From contig OX597814.1 in assembly GCA_951406725.2 (NCBI GenBank), positions 145,576,001-145,640,000 on the forward strand: a stretch of DNA of 64,000 bases. Direction: 5' to 3'. The notes under the pieces are model-generated. The model was not told the DNA's origin. It saw nothing but the letters and a program-made list of their open reading frames with translations, and ran no database searches. The position numbers and the translations under genes were made by a program. Below are positions 24,715 to 37,745 of this stretch, piece after piece; the first letter of the stretch is position 1; each line of letters begins with the position of its first letter. The stretch is from Octopus vulgaris. Lineage: Eukaryota.

Positions 24715-24930
24715 GTCACCTCGTGTGTACCGTGTGTACCGTTGGCGATTTTTTTCCCTCTGTCTTCCCTTCTCTGGATCTTTCCTTCTCCTGTGTTTCC
24801 GACGAAGAGCTCCGTTCGAACCGTTAAACCCTCCTTCTTTCCTTCTCTCCTGACCGTTCAATAATACTATATTTGTTCCACGTCCTCATGTTGTTGTTTT
24901 TTTTGTGCTTTCTTGTTTGGATTAACTTTA
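24712..24930 (+). mobile_element. Solo Penelope-type pseudo-LTR with a decayed hammerhead
   Basis: Homologous to 2985-3165; gttt-CCGACGA-a-gagc-tcc-gttc-GAACCGTT-aaac; (TA)n on both flanks. Confidence 0.6.
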
Positions 24931-24949
24931 TATATATATATATACATAA

Positions 24950-25005
<56 letters not shown>

Positions 25006-25194
25006 GCACATATATGTTTGTCCTCCATTGCGTTTGGTGTGTTTATATCCACGTAACTTAGTGGCTCCGCCAAAAAGAATAATGAAATGTACTTAGTACT
25101 TATTCAGAAATAAGTAATAAGATCGATTGTTTAGACTGAAATTTTAGAAGGCCGTAGCCAAATTACTGGAACATATAAAGGAATGAAAGAATGT

Positions 25195-25443
25195 ACATGT
25201 GTGTATGTATGCATGTATGTATGTATGTATGTATGCATGCATGTATGTATGTATGTATGTATGTATGTATGCATGCATGTATGTATGTATGCATGCATGT
25301 ATGTATGTATGTATGTATGTATGTATGTATGAATGTATGTATGTATGTATGTATGTATGTATGTATGTATCTATCTGTCTATTTGTCCATCTAACTGTTT
25401 ATCTATCTATCCATCTATTAATCTCTATCTATCTATCTATCTA

Positions 25444-25475
<32 letters not shown>

Positions 25476-25480
25476 CATAT
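25195..25480. repeat. (ATGT)n / (ATCT)n microsatellites
   Basis: Directly visible. Confidence 0.95.
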
Positions 25481-26129
25481 ACTTAAACGTACTGATACAA
25501 CCGCACGACGGATGCACACACACAAATACACACACACACGCACGTACACACACACACAAATGTACGACGCACTCACGCACGTACGCACATATACACACAC
25601 AAATATATATGTACATATCAGATCTACTTGATTTCCTTTCATTATCCATCATTGCACGCTAACAAGTTATACTAACGCATTAGATTATTGTTTCTTTTAT
25701 GCTGCTGAAACCATATAATTGGCACTGAGATTAAAATAATTAAAATGGAACGGTGCATGTAATTAGCAATTTAATTCGAAATACATTCCTCCTTAGCGTT
25801 GTTTTATAGAGGAACCTACATTTCTGATATGTTTTGTCAGTAGATATTTACGATTTACTCGCTTTGAACATCTTAAGTGATGCAAACTTTTCCACTCTAT
25901 TCGTTTCCTTATTTAATTTCAGATGATCATTATTGAATCTTCTGCGCATGGTAATCATGAATATATATCTTCAGTTATTTTCCCTTGTGTTGAGCAAACA
26001 AAGCAGGTAGTGATAACATCCCAGGGTTAAAACGAGAAATGGAAGATGACTGTTTCATCGTTAGCAAAATTTTAATTATATATACATAATAGATCTAGTG
26101 GCATCAAGGTAAATTAGTACCTAACTATA

Positions 26130-27100
26130 ATAGTATCAATTAGGATAATAAGAAATCAAAAAGATAGGCCAAAGAAATTCATTTAGTTCGCCCCTCCCTT
26201 TTCCATTGATATAAAAACTAACATTGGTAAAAGATTCCTGTCACTCCAAAACAAACACTTTCCAGCTATTCACAGATACAGGAAAATATTCAATAGGCAT
26301 TCTGGGAAATTATCATATAGCTGCTGTCTAAATATAAAGAATTTTATTACAGTGGTCAACACCAAGAACCAGAATCCAGCTGCATCTGTGCGACCCACGA
26401 TCCTGTCCACTTGACCAACGATGTGAGATTAAATCTATCACAATATGAGGCAGAAGTTACTGCAAACCTAAGTAATAATACAACTGATAAGAATAGCTAT
26501 ATTGGATTATGTGAAGGAGAATTTAAAAATAGCCACACCAATCGCATAGCCTCCTTCCAACAGGGACAAAAGTAAAGGTACTTAGTTGGCTAGCTACATA
26601 AGGGCTTTGAAAGATAACGAAATACTGCATGTGATTAAATGGAAAGTAATTGAGAAACACATACCTTATGTGAATGGATCAAATAAATTTAGACTTTGTT
26701 TGGCTGAAAGAGCGCAGATCCTGTTCAGATATAAGATCCTAAACTCTCTATTGAACTCCAGGTCAGAAAATTTCAGTGGTTGCATGCATATGTACAAATG
26801 TATTCTGAAGATTTGGAAAATTCCGCCTATTCCTCTCACTGACATTATATCCTTCCAGCCTCATCATTTAAGGCCTAAGGAGACCTTTTTACCTTTTGAC
26901 ATTTCAGTTTCGTTTTCTGATTTTCGTTTTCCGTTGTTTACTGTGTGTGTTTTCTATATGCTGCATTCTCAGCTTCATCACGTTTTTAGTTCGTTATGAC
27001 ATGAAGTTTGCACTTGAAGATTATGTCTTAATATTTCTCTACATATGAAACTATTAGAGTGCTTAAATACATGAAATATGCTCTTTGAATAAATAATTAT
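26130..27100 (+). mobile_element. 3' part of a Penelope-like element (Naiad-like), decayed
   Basis: PPFSIDIKTNIGKRFL..KHFP..KIFN..SYSC, CPL, YIGLCEGEFK, IKWKV, RLCLAE..LLNSRSE..CMH; decayed HHR at ~27010-27062. Confidence 0.8.
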
Positions 27101-27123
27101 ATATGTATATATATATATATATA

Positions 27124-27299
27124 GATCGCTAGCCACTACACATTTTTTATTTTCTCTCCATGTTTCATTTTGTGTTCCTTTCTACGGAAGTGCGTACGCA
27201 CGAAACGTTAAAGACTTCTTCACTTCCTGAGCGTTAAACTAATATATCTGTTTGTTGTCTACACCACCTGCCTTCGTCTTTTGTCGTTTTGTGAATTCT

Positions 27300-27303
<4 letters not shown>
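27124..27303 (+). mobile_element. Solo pseudo-LTR of the Neptune-like family at 8722-8905
   Basis: Colinear homology with the reverse complement of 8722-8905; (TA)n flanks; a further scrap at ~28688-28735. Confidence 0.75.
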
Positions 27304-27348
<45 letters not shown>

Positions 27349-27354
27349 GAGAGA

Positions 27355-27746
27355 GATTCAGATGAATAAGGTATTTAAGTTGAGGTACCAGAATTTAGTA
27401 CAAAATAAACAACAAGAATAACCCGAGGTAATGCAGTACGATCGTTTCATACTACTTCATTTAATTGAACAATTCAATCATTACATCAATTGAAATTGCA
27501 GAGCAATCTTCAGTTGCACAAAGACATAGAATAGAGTAACTTCTAAACTTCAGTGAGACACCATGTCCTTTATCTATCTCCTTAGGTTCTTGGAGATTTT
27601 AGGTATAATTATACTAATGTGACCATCTATGTCTTTGTGCAGCAGAAGATTGCTCTCCATTTTAAATTGATGTAATGATTACATTGTTCAATTAAATGGA
27701 TTTGCATGAAACGATCGTACTTCATTACCTCTGGATATCCTTGTTG

Positions 27747-27750
<4 letters not shown>
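27355..27750. mobile_element. Inverted duplication carrying two mutated copies of an HHR
   Basis: Arms ~27410-27530 / 27626-27746; HHRs at 27432-27518 (-) and 27638-27724 (+); microsatellite flanks. Confidence 0.78.
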
Positions 27751-27813
<63 letters not shown>

Positions 27814-27929
27814 GTGTGTGTGTATGTTTGTGTGTCTGTGCTTGTACCCCAACATCGCGTGACAACCGATGTCTGTATGTTTACGTCCCCGTAAAGAAGT
27901 TATAGGCTTACAAAGAATAACTCCTGGCA

Positions 27930-28655
27930 GTCACTAGCGTAACGAAAAACATCCGAAAGGTTTGGTGTATCAAGAAGTAGTGTCTCGAAAGTATCGGCAG
28001 CCTTTCCGAAAGAGGAAAAAACATCCTCTTCGAAACATAACTCCAGAAGAAAACTAAACCTTATTTCCGACCACCGGCCGAGTATACGTTTGGAGACAAC
28101 CAAAAGAATCATTTGACCCAGATTGCCTTTTTCCAACTGTTAAACATAGAGGATGATCTATGATGATATGGACGGGGGGCAATATCTTGTAAATCCGCCG
28201 GCCCAATGATTTCCCTTCATGACAGAATTAATAGTCAAGACTATTTAAGTATTTTAGCTGATCAAATTTATCCTATGGTTGCGGAACTGTTTCCGGAGGG
28301 AAGTGCAATCTTTCACGATGACAATGCACCAATTCTCACAGCTAAAGTTGTTACTGAATGGCAAGAGAAGCATTCTAGTTGAACATCTTATCTGGCTACC
28401 GCAGTCTCCAGATTTCAATATTATTTGAACATTTATGGTGCATTTCAGAAAAACAAGTAAGGAGTCGATTTCCTCCACCATCATCACTACAAGAACTGGA
28501 GATGTCTTAGCTGAAGAATGGAAAGAAATTTCTTTGGAAACAACTCCAACTTTGTTGAATTCAAGCTGTAATTACTTCCAACGGCGGTCCTACCCCATAT
28601 TAAAATAAATTTGTTTGCAATTTTAATTTGCTACCAGCATTTTTGTTTAACTCGT
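27930..28655 (+). mobile_element. Decayed Tc1-like transposon fragment
   Basis: FHDDNAPILTAKVV and WLPQSPDFNII motifs of a DD34E transposase. Confidence 0.72.
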
Positions 28656-28769
28656 GTGTGCGTGTATATATATATATATATATATATTGTACACCACCTG
28701 TCTTCGTCTTTTGTTTTTTTTTTGTAAACTCTCCCTATATATATATATATATATATATACATATACATA

Positions 28770-28817
<48 letters not shown>

Positions 28818-28842
28818 CATATATAAATATATCTATATCTAT

Positions 28843-28971
<129 letters not shown>

Positions 28972-28990
28972 TTTATAGATACATACATGT

Positions 28991-29230
28991 GATGGCCTTG
29001 GCTTAGGATATTTGGCTCACAATCGCAAGGTCCTGAGTTCGATACTCAGTTGCCAAAATTGAATAGTTGCTGTATCTCAAAGGGCCAGCCTTATAAAACC
29101 CTTCGTCACACAGGATCTCCCTGAGATCTACATCAACTGTAGGCATGTCAATGGAGTGAGTTTTTCGAGCACGCTTTTCCGTTATCCGGAACAACTGGAA
29201 ACCTGGTCGTCTTAACAAACGGAATGCAAT
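28991..29230 (+). mobile_element. SINE family C, diverged
   Basis: tRNA-like head with GAGTTCGATAC; colinear with the reverse complement of 62872-63177. Confidence 0.6.
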
Positions 29231-30229
29231 TTTGTCATACATACACATACACACACTCGTATGTTTATGGGTATGAGGTTTTTACACCCGCGCGTCGCAC
29301 TAATATGTGAATCAAGCATTTTGAATCATACATGTGTGTAAGCGTGCGTGAGTGTGCATTGGCGCGCACGAAGATGTTTGAGCGTATGTGTGACCACATA
29401 TGTGTGTGTGTGTGCACCTGTGTGTAAGTGCGCGTTTATATATATGCACTTGTATGCATGTGCGCGTGTATGTATGTGCGCATCTATGCACGTGCGCATG
29501 TGTGCATGTGCGCGTGTATGTATATGTGCGTATATGTATATGCACGTGTAAGCATGTGTGCGTGTATTTTTGCGTGTGAATATACAGAGCACTGTGGCTC
29601 GCTTCATATTTCTACTTCTCATTCATTTGTCTCTGTGCCTTATTGTACATTTTCTTTTAAACTTCTTTCCATTAACGGTAATACATGAGAAGCAGCAATG
29701 GAATTGAATTATCTCATTTAGAAATTCTCATCCTGCAGCATTTAAATAAACCAAGATAACAAAGGATCATTTCATATTAATATATTCTTTATCACGATTC
29801 CTTTCTATGTTACCGGGTGAAAATTAATTTTTTTTAGAAAAAATATTTTGACAGATTTCATAAAATAATATTTGCTTATTCGGTACTAACACCAAATGAG
29901 AAAACAAGTTGCCAGGTAATGTGAGAAGAATAATATTGAAGCAGTCGTATATCGGTTACATGAACAAGAAAACGTACTTTGATTTGATGATTCATCAGAT
30001 TAGCAAATGTTTGAAACTTAATTCATTCATTCTACAGTTACTGGAAGAAGAACTAGTTTGATCTCAAGAAATATTTGATCATACGACAAGGATAACTTTG
30101 ACTTATTGAATTATGAGATATGTGTAATTTATTTTAGAAAGGTTGGAAAGAAATTTGTCCTAAAAGCTTAAAATATCACACACATACACATACACACACA
30201 TATACACGCATACACACACGCACACACAC

Positions 30230-32400
30230 CGGGTTTCAGGATGCCTAGAGCAGTTAAGTCTGGTCACCTAGATAATCAGGGGGAAGCTCGGGAGATTAAA
30301 GGAGACCAAGCAGTTTTGTGGCTGGATCTATATACCATACGAGTCTATATACCACGAATTGGTTAAAGACTCTCTGAAAAAGTACCGTGCCCCATAAATT
30401 ATGGACTACTACGATAGTCCCAATCTGAAACTCTCAGTAGCTTCCACAATATATGAGTGGCACAGGGTCGAGAGATGCATTATCACTGGATGTATCATTC
30501 CCACGCTTACAATTAAGATAGGGTTAGCGAAAATGCAGTGTAAAGAGGCATGAGTGTTGTTGACTTGACCTCGCCTGAATTTCAGTCCAGTCAGGTGTAG
30601 TTATCTTGTGCTCATGAAAATCACCAGCCGTCACTCTGGAAGCACTAAGTTTGAATGTGATAGTAATCTGAGAGACTAGTAATTTTGACTTCAACGCTCT
30701 GTTGAGATCTTATCTTTTACGAGCCGGAATGGAAAGCAAAGTGAAAGTGCTGCTTTGAAAAGGCCGGGATATCGAGATACGCTTAATCTTCCTGGACTGA
30801 GATGGTAAACTGGAGGTCTTGTATGTAAACAATAGCAAATGATTGCCGTGTATGCCCCCATTGGAATGATTTGCTCAGATGGAATGATTTGCTCCTGTAA
30901 ATGTCGCGCTGTTTAATGCTAGTGAGCAACTTGAACGGTACCTTTGTTGTACGTCTGAATTCTGTGCAGTAGGTTATATGAATAAAGCAGGTTAAATCTG
31001 CTTAGTCGTTTCCAAATATCTGAGAGGTATCGACTGAACTTCTCGAGTTTGCCAGTATGGATAGAGGTAAACAGCATCAGGTCATTCACATCATATCTGG
31101 GTGCAGTGTTTTGTAGGACGTCCAAGAGAGATGATAAAGGGTATTCACAAATCAAAATAGACGGTTACACTGGCCTCAAATTTGTAATATGTACGGTCGA
31201 CCTAGGTAAGCTGCATAGACAGGGCTCCAATTACTGGAAATTAAACGCTTCTTTCTCCGGAGAGAGCGGATTAGCGAAATATTTAACAGCGATTTGACGG
31301 GTGACATCATCAATAACTGATAGAGGTAAGCCAGGAAAAGGACTATAGATTTAAAATCGATAAGGTTCAGCAAGACAACAGTGATAGAAAACACTAGAGT
31401 AGAGGAGGAGCTAGTTAGTAATCTAGAAGAGGGACTCAAGAAAGATATTGAGACTGGTGTCCTAACAGCGAGATTGATCCGTGGCCGATTCTCTCAAGCA
31501 ATGTACGAAAGTTAGATTTTCGTAACCAATGCGTGTTCTTTGGCACCAGAAAGCAGAAGCTGTTTCAAGGGCTTTAGTAAAAGAAAATTCAACAACTATA
31601 TCCTCGGCGAATCGCAAGGAACACTCGTGAATAGAATCCAAGCAAATGTAAGAAGTTTCTCAATGGCACTACGAGCGAGGTATATAGTCTAAACAACAAA
31701 TGGACCAAAAGGAACTAGCCACTGAAGGGTCGACTGAAGTGGAAAATGCCGATATCATATTCGTTATGTTCTACCGCCTGACCACCGTGCTTTGTCCCGC
31801 TTCATCGCTGATCAAAATGGTGTGCTTATTTTTTAGCTTTATATAGAGGTGATCTACTTTGCTTGTTAGAATCGAATTAGGCATGCCTTGGCTAATGATG
31901 TATGGAAATGTGCTGAGTTGCAGCTTCTCCAGCGTTTTCTTGGTGTAGGATGGATCCGGATTGCAGCCGACTCCATCGTGAAGGTCAATCTACTGCTTTC
32001 TTTCGATCGGAAAGGTTAAGCGGTTTTCCTATGCTAATTGGATATGGCGAAAGATATGTCATGGATGCGATTGAAAGTGCTGAATACAGATACTTTCTTC
32101 ATCAACGTTTTCAAGTTCCATTTGCAAAGGAAAATGAGAGTGGAAAGGCATGTGCTTCCACCCAGAAAATTTCCTGAGAGGTGAGAGCATTTACTGAAAA
32201 TGGCCCAAGTGAATGCGTTCGTAGGTTGAAAATTTCAGGGGACATAGCACTTTACATTATACTCAGAGTGAATGTGGTGACTCGAGATTTTGCGAGTTCC
32301 TTGGTCGCGCCTGATTAAGTTTTGGTTATATCTTTTTTGTTATTGCTTTATTGTTTACACGTTTATGTAAAATCTCTCGGCCCTTTTTCCTTGTCCTAAA
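30230..32400 (+). pseudogene. Highly decayed L1/Tx1-like LINE pieces
   Basis: GSNYWKLNASF at ~31220-31255 (typical motif just after the endonuclease) and AVYAP at ~30845; boundaries uncertain. Confidence 0.45.
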
Positions 32401-32444
32401 TGATTTAGCAACTCCTTGCTAATGTATAACAACAATAACAGACT

Positions 32445-32552
32445 CCACCACCACCACCACCACCACCACCACCACCACCACCACCACCACCACCACCTCC
32501 TCCTCCTCCTCATCCTTCTCTTCCTCCTCCGCCAACAACAAAAACAACAACA
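32445..32552. repeat. (CCA)n-(TCC)n-(CAA)n trinucleotide tract
   Basis: Directly visible. Confidence 0.95.
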
Positions 32553-33758
32553 GCATCGATAATTTCTATTAAAGGCACCAGGTCTGAAATTTTTTGTAGA
32601 GGAGGCCAGTCAATTACATCGATCCCGAAAGGATGAAAGGTAAAGTCGATAATCATATAGGCATAAAGAAATCTAACGACTTTAGATTAAAACGTATTCA
32701 ATGAAGTTGTCAATTAGGCACCGACACATAAGATAAAAGCGAGGTCAATGAAGTTTGTAAATTCTTCACCGAGGTGGGTGTAGCGATGTAGTGCACAAAT
32801 TGATGAAACATCACCTGATTTCTCATTCAATTCGTCAGTGAAAAAGAATAGCTCTACTGTTGTTATTAGGATTGTTTTCTCTTTAGTGAAAAGTAGTATA
32901 ATCTATTTAAAAGCACGGTGACATTATTATGAACAAGCTCCCGGGGGCGAACGAAAACAACATACTGGAACGCAGATGAAATTACAGGGCAATTATTTGT
33001 TAATACATAATAAATAAGGCGATTGTCCGTGTAGCAGTATAACATCCCAAATGGATAACGTAACATTAGAAGGTGCTTTAATATACACTGATTCTTCAAT
33101 CACTTGGCTAACGTCAGAAATAATGAAAAAAGAAAAGCGATAGGTTGACTGAAATTTGTATGGAAATTAATTCATTTCGATATTGAATAGTCAACAGTTG
33201 AACGCATTACACCATACATGAAAGGCAACAGTCAATTTCACGCCAAAATGACTAAGAAATATTCTATTTTAAATCGTCAATCTGATAAGTTAAAGTAGCT
33301 TAAATTATGTTTAATGTCGCCATAATGAATAGGTTCCACCTGGTGAACTGTTACATCAACGGAACATAGCAAAATCAAGGGCCCTCACGTGATTAATGAA
33401 TAAATCCATTATTATGTGACAAAATCATGATCTTTAGTGTTTCTGGAAAACATTACTAGACTAGGAAATGTGAGAAATGAAATGATATTTACCCTTTATA
33501 AAAGTGCATCTCCACGATTATGAGGAAGGCTTGTAGACTAGTAGTTGTCCCTACAATTATTCCTGGAAAGTGCACAACATTGATGTCTATCCAATGGAAA
33601 ATAAACCGACTTGGGTCGTTATATTTTGCCATTGATATTACTATCCACTGCCCACATCTGGTATATTTTTATCGTCCCCAGTTCGAAGAAAAATAAAGTT
33701 AACTTCCGTGGTATTTGAACCCAGAACCCAGAAAATTGAACAAATACCCAAAAAGGGT

Positions 33759-33794
<36 letters not shown>

Positions 33795-33843
33795 TAATAC
33801 CCAGAAAGCATTATATATACACACACACACATATATACATACA

Positions 33844-33897
<54 letters not shown>

Positions 33898-34829
33898 GAC
33901 ACAGCACGTGTTGATTACTCATTACTTGGTTCTTGATTTAAAACCATATTCTCAGTACTTCATTGTATGTGTATGTGTGTATGTGTGTGTGTGTGTGAGA
34001 GAGAGAGAAAGAGAGCTTCAATGCTTCAATGTAAATATGTTTGTGTGTGAATGTGTTTGTAAGTATGTATGTATACATTTATGCACGCATGTGTGTGCCC
34101 TTGACTATCTGTCTTCATATTCATACCAGAAAGTAAACTAGTCATTTGTTGATGAAGTAGATTTTAATAAAATACTTAAATTGTTAAATGTAACACTGAT
34201 TCTTTGAAGACCTGAACATGTGTTTGTCATTTTTCTCTTTTGTTTTATTTGATCATTGGAGCATTATAATGTTTACTTAATTATATATTTAATCTTTTTT
34301 TCGGAAACATTATATAATTATTACACTGACAAAATAGAAGAACAAAACATTATTTTATATGATATTTATTGAAATAATTATATTTGTAAGAAATAATGAA
34401 TAAAAAAGATAATGTAAGTGTTTCAGCAAATTAGGTATAATAAAATTATTATAGATTATATCATGAAGAATTGCAAATATTCAATTTTTGTAATTTATTA
34501 TCAAAGCAGCCAAGTTTTAAAGGAACTGCTGTTATAGTTGTTTCCGTTGCTGTTATTGTTGTTGTCAATAATAAAGTAAAGTGAAGAGTTTTGATCAAGC
34601 AGCCATAAGAAATGTGTGTAAATCATCGACAGTTATGTTTTGTTCGATGATATAAATTTGATTATATTGTCTAACGTAGGGTAGCCATTTAGAGAAAATT
34701 GGCTACTATTTTTACCAAGATAAGAGAACGATTATGGACTCCTATATTATCTCATATATATTTCCTTACTGCCCACAAGGGGCTAAACACAGAGAGGACA
34801 AACAAGGACAGACAAAGGGATTATATATG

Positions 34830-34860
<31 letters not shown>

Positions 34861-34954
34861 ATATATATACATAGACGCAGCACGTGTTGATTACTCATTA
34901 CTCGGTTCTTGATTCAAAAGTATATTCTCAGTACTTCTCAGTACTTCCGCAGTG

Positions 34955-35330
34955 CGAAACTGGTACTTTATTTATCGACCCCGAAAGGATGAAAAGCAAA
35001 GTCAACTTCGGCCCTCAAAACTAAGAGCACGAAGTCGCCGAGTAAGACAAAATTTGAAGACTAAATTTTCATCTTCAGGCCTCACTTGAGTTTCAGAACA
35101 AAAACAGAAATCAGTTATTTCGTGTAGACAACTCTATCTCATCCAAAACTCGCGTAAATTAGGGGAGGGTGCCAATCGATTAGATCAGCCTCACTACGCA
35201 ACTGACACTTAGTTTATCGACCCCGAAAGGCCAAGTTGACCTCGACGGAATTTGAACCCAGAACGTGCAGACAGACGAAATACCGTTTTTCGCCCGGCGA
35301 GTTAACGTTTCTCTCAGCTCGTCGTCTTAT
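34955..35330 (-). mobile_element. SINE family B fragments
   Basis: TTTATCGACCCCGAAAGG occurs twice, plus GGAATTTGAAC; reverse complement of family B. Confidence 0.65.
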
Positions 35331-35502
35331 ATTTCCTTCATTAATTACAAAGGCTGTTCTTTTATCCTGCGAGCTATACGAGAATGAAATGGAAAACGTA
35401 TATAGCTGTAGTCTTCTCAACTCCCACAAAACAGGATATTAGCAGTAATGGTAACATTAGTATTCTGATGTGAGAAGAACTAGAATTCATTACCTAACAT
35501 AC

Positions 35503-35722
35503 CTTTTATCTTTTACTTGTTTCAGTCATTAGATTACGGGCATGCTGGGTCACATCCTTAAACAATTTGTTTTCGTTGAATGAATCAATCCAAGGACTTA
35601 TATTTTGTTAAGTCTGATACATTATCGGACCCTTTTGTCGAATCGCTCTTTACGGGGGGGCTTAATCAAACCAACACCTGTTGTCAAGCAGTGTCGTGGG
35701 ACAAGAAGAGCCACAACACACA

Positions 35723-35760
<38 letters not shown>

Positions 35761-35933
35761 CACACACACACACATACACACACATCTTTCATATATACGA
35801 CAAGCTTCTTTCAATTTTCGTCTACCATATCTACTCATACGGTTCTGGTCGGCGCGAAGCCACGCAGTAGGACTGAACCCGGAAGAATGTGGTTGGGAAG
35901 CAAGCTTCTTATCACACAGCTACACTTGCTCCT
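35503..35933 (-). mobile_element. SINE family A, diverged
   Basis: Tail CTTTTACTTGTTTCAGTCA through head CACACAGCTACACTTGC. Confidence 0.78.
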
Positions 35934-36505
35934 ATAATAATTTCTGAACTATCATCATAAATGTCGTAAATTTTAATGTACTCAATGTTATTCTATTTAA
36001 TATTTCAATAGAATATTACGTATACCAATAAATAATGTTTATAAAATATATTTCCTTTCGACATGGACTTTTATGATCCAGCTGGTTTTACAAACTGTTT
36101 TACATAAGAAAGAATTTGTATTTTTGCACACTGCATAAATTTCGTTTGTCGTAATATTTTTTTAATAATTGTAATGCGAATTATGGTATTTGTAATTATT
36201 AGTGGCATTTTTTAAATATTTTTCATTATTGAATACTATTCAAAGCTAGCAGCAAAACGAAAATAAATAAAAAATTAATGTAAATAAAACATTTCGATTT
36301 CTGAGAACAATTTAGTGAGTGACTAAATTTAGCCAATGAAAATGTCAGGTCATAATAACGTTCGACCTCTTTTATGAGGTCAACCTTAGAGAAATCTGAC
36401 AACGCGAAAAAGATAATCAATAATTTTACAAATTCGTGTTCGATGAAAATGAAAGAACACAAATATTGCATAATGGAATACGCAGTATCATACAAAGTGT
36501 ATGTA

Positions 36506-37646
36506 CGAGGGGCGTTCAATAAGTAATGCCCCTAACCCACTTCCCATAACAGTAGAGCAACGAAACTTGGCACAGTTATTAGTCTTCTTCTACATAGGAA
36601 CCACCCAGAGTTACGCATTTTCCTATCGTTTGATGCAGCTCTGGAGACCGTTTTTGTAGAGACCCTAGCTTGGTCCTCCAATCACGACGTGACTTCATAA
36701 ATCAAGGCTGCATCATCTGGGAAACGCTTTCCTTTCAAAAACAACTTCATGGCTGGGAAGAGGTGAAAATCAGAGGGTGCAAGGTCAGGAGAGTAGGGGG
36801 GATGGGGGAGGAGTTCATAGCCGCACGCCTGTGCTTCTGATCTGGCGACACACGAGTTGTGGACCGGAGCGTTGTCCTGCAGGAGGAGGATGCCTTTCCT
36901 GATCTTGCCCCGCCTCTTGCCTTCTTTGGAGGAGGTGAGTCACGTTGCTTCCACTGCATTGACTGGGCTTTGGTCTCTGGATCATAGTGATGGACCCAAG
37001 TTTCATCCTGTGTAATCAGTCTTTTGAAAAATTTTGACTCATCTTCTTGGCACATCTCCAAATTCATCCTCGCGCACTCGACGCGTTCTTGCTTCTGGAA
37101 AGGTGTGAGCAACCTGGGAATCCATCTGGCAGACAACTTTTAGATATGCAACTGGTCATGAATGATAGTTTCCACGGACCCGGTACTAATCTTGACCTCA
37201 TAGGCTATTTGGCGAATAGTTATGCGTCGATCTTCCAAAATAGCAGCCTCAACTTGACGGACAGATGCTTCATCAATGGCAGAAGGGGGGCGACCAGATC
37301 GGGGAGCTGTTTCCACAGAGTTCCGACCATGCTTGAATTCACGATGCCTGCGTTTTACAAGGTCATTTGATGGGGCATCATCACCATAAGTTACTTTCAT
37401 TTCATCAAAAGTCTCCCGTGGTGTGCGTCCTTTCAAATACAAAAACCGAATCACTGCTCGACACTGAACAGGCTCCATTTCACACTTGACTGAGTTCAAA
37501 CACCTGTAAATCAGGAAAACACAATTATTTCAGAGCTGTAATTTGCCACTTAATCTATAGAGATATAAATAACTGCACATGCACAATTTCAGCTAGATCA
37601 GCCAACTACAAGTGGGTCAGAGGCATTACTTATTGAACGTCCCTCG
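36506..37646 (-). mobile_element. Mariner (D,D34D) transposon, internally deleted, inactive
   Basis: TIRs CGAGGGGCGTTCAATAAGTAATGCC / GGCATTACTTATTGAACGTCCCTCG; TA at both ends; HTH region, WIPRLL, ITQDETWVHHY, QDNAP, YSPDLAPSDF; stop at ~37140. Confidence 0.93.
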
Positions 37647-37693
37647 TATGCCTGAGCGTACATACATATATTCATATCTGCCTACCTACCTAC

Positions 37694-37736
<43 letters not shown>

Positions 37737-37745
37737 TATATATAT

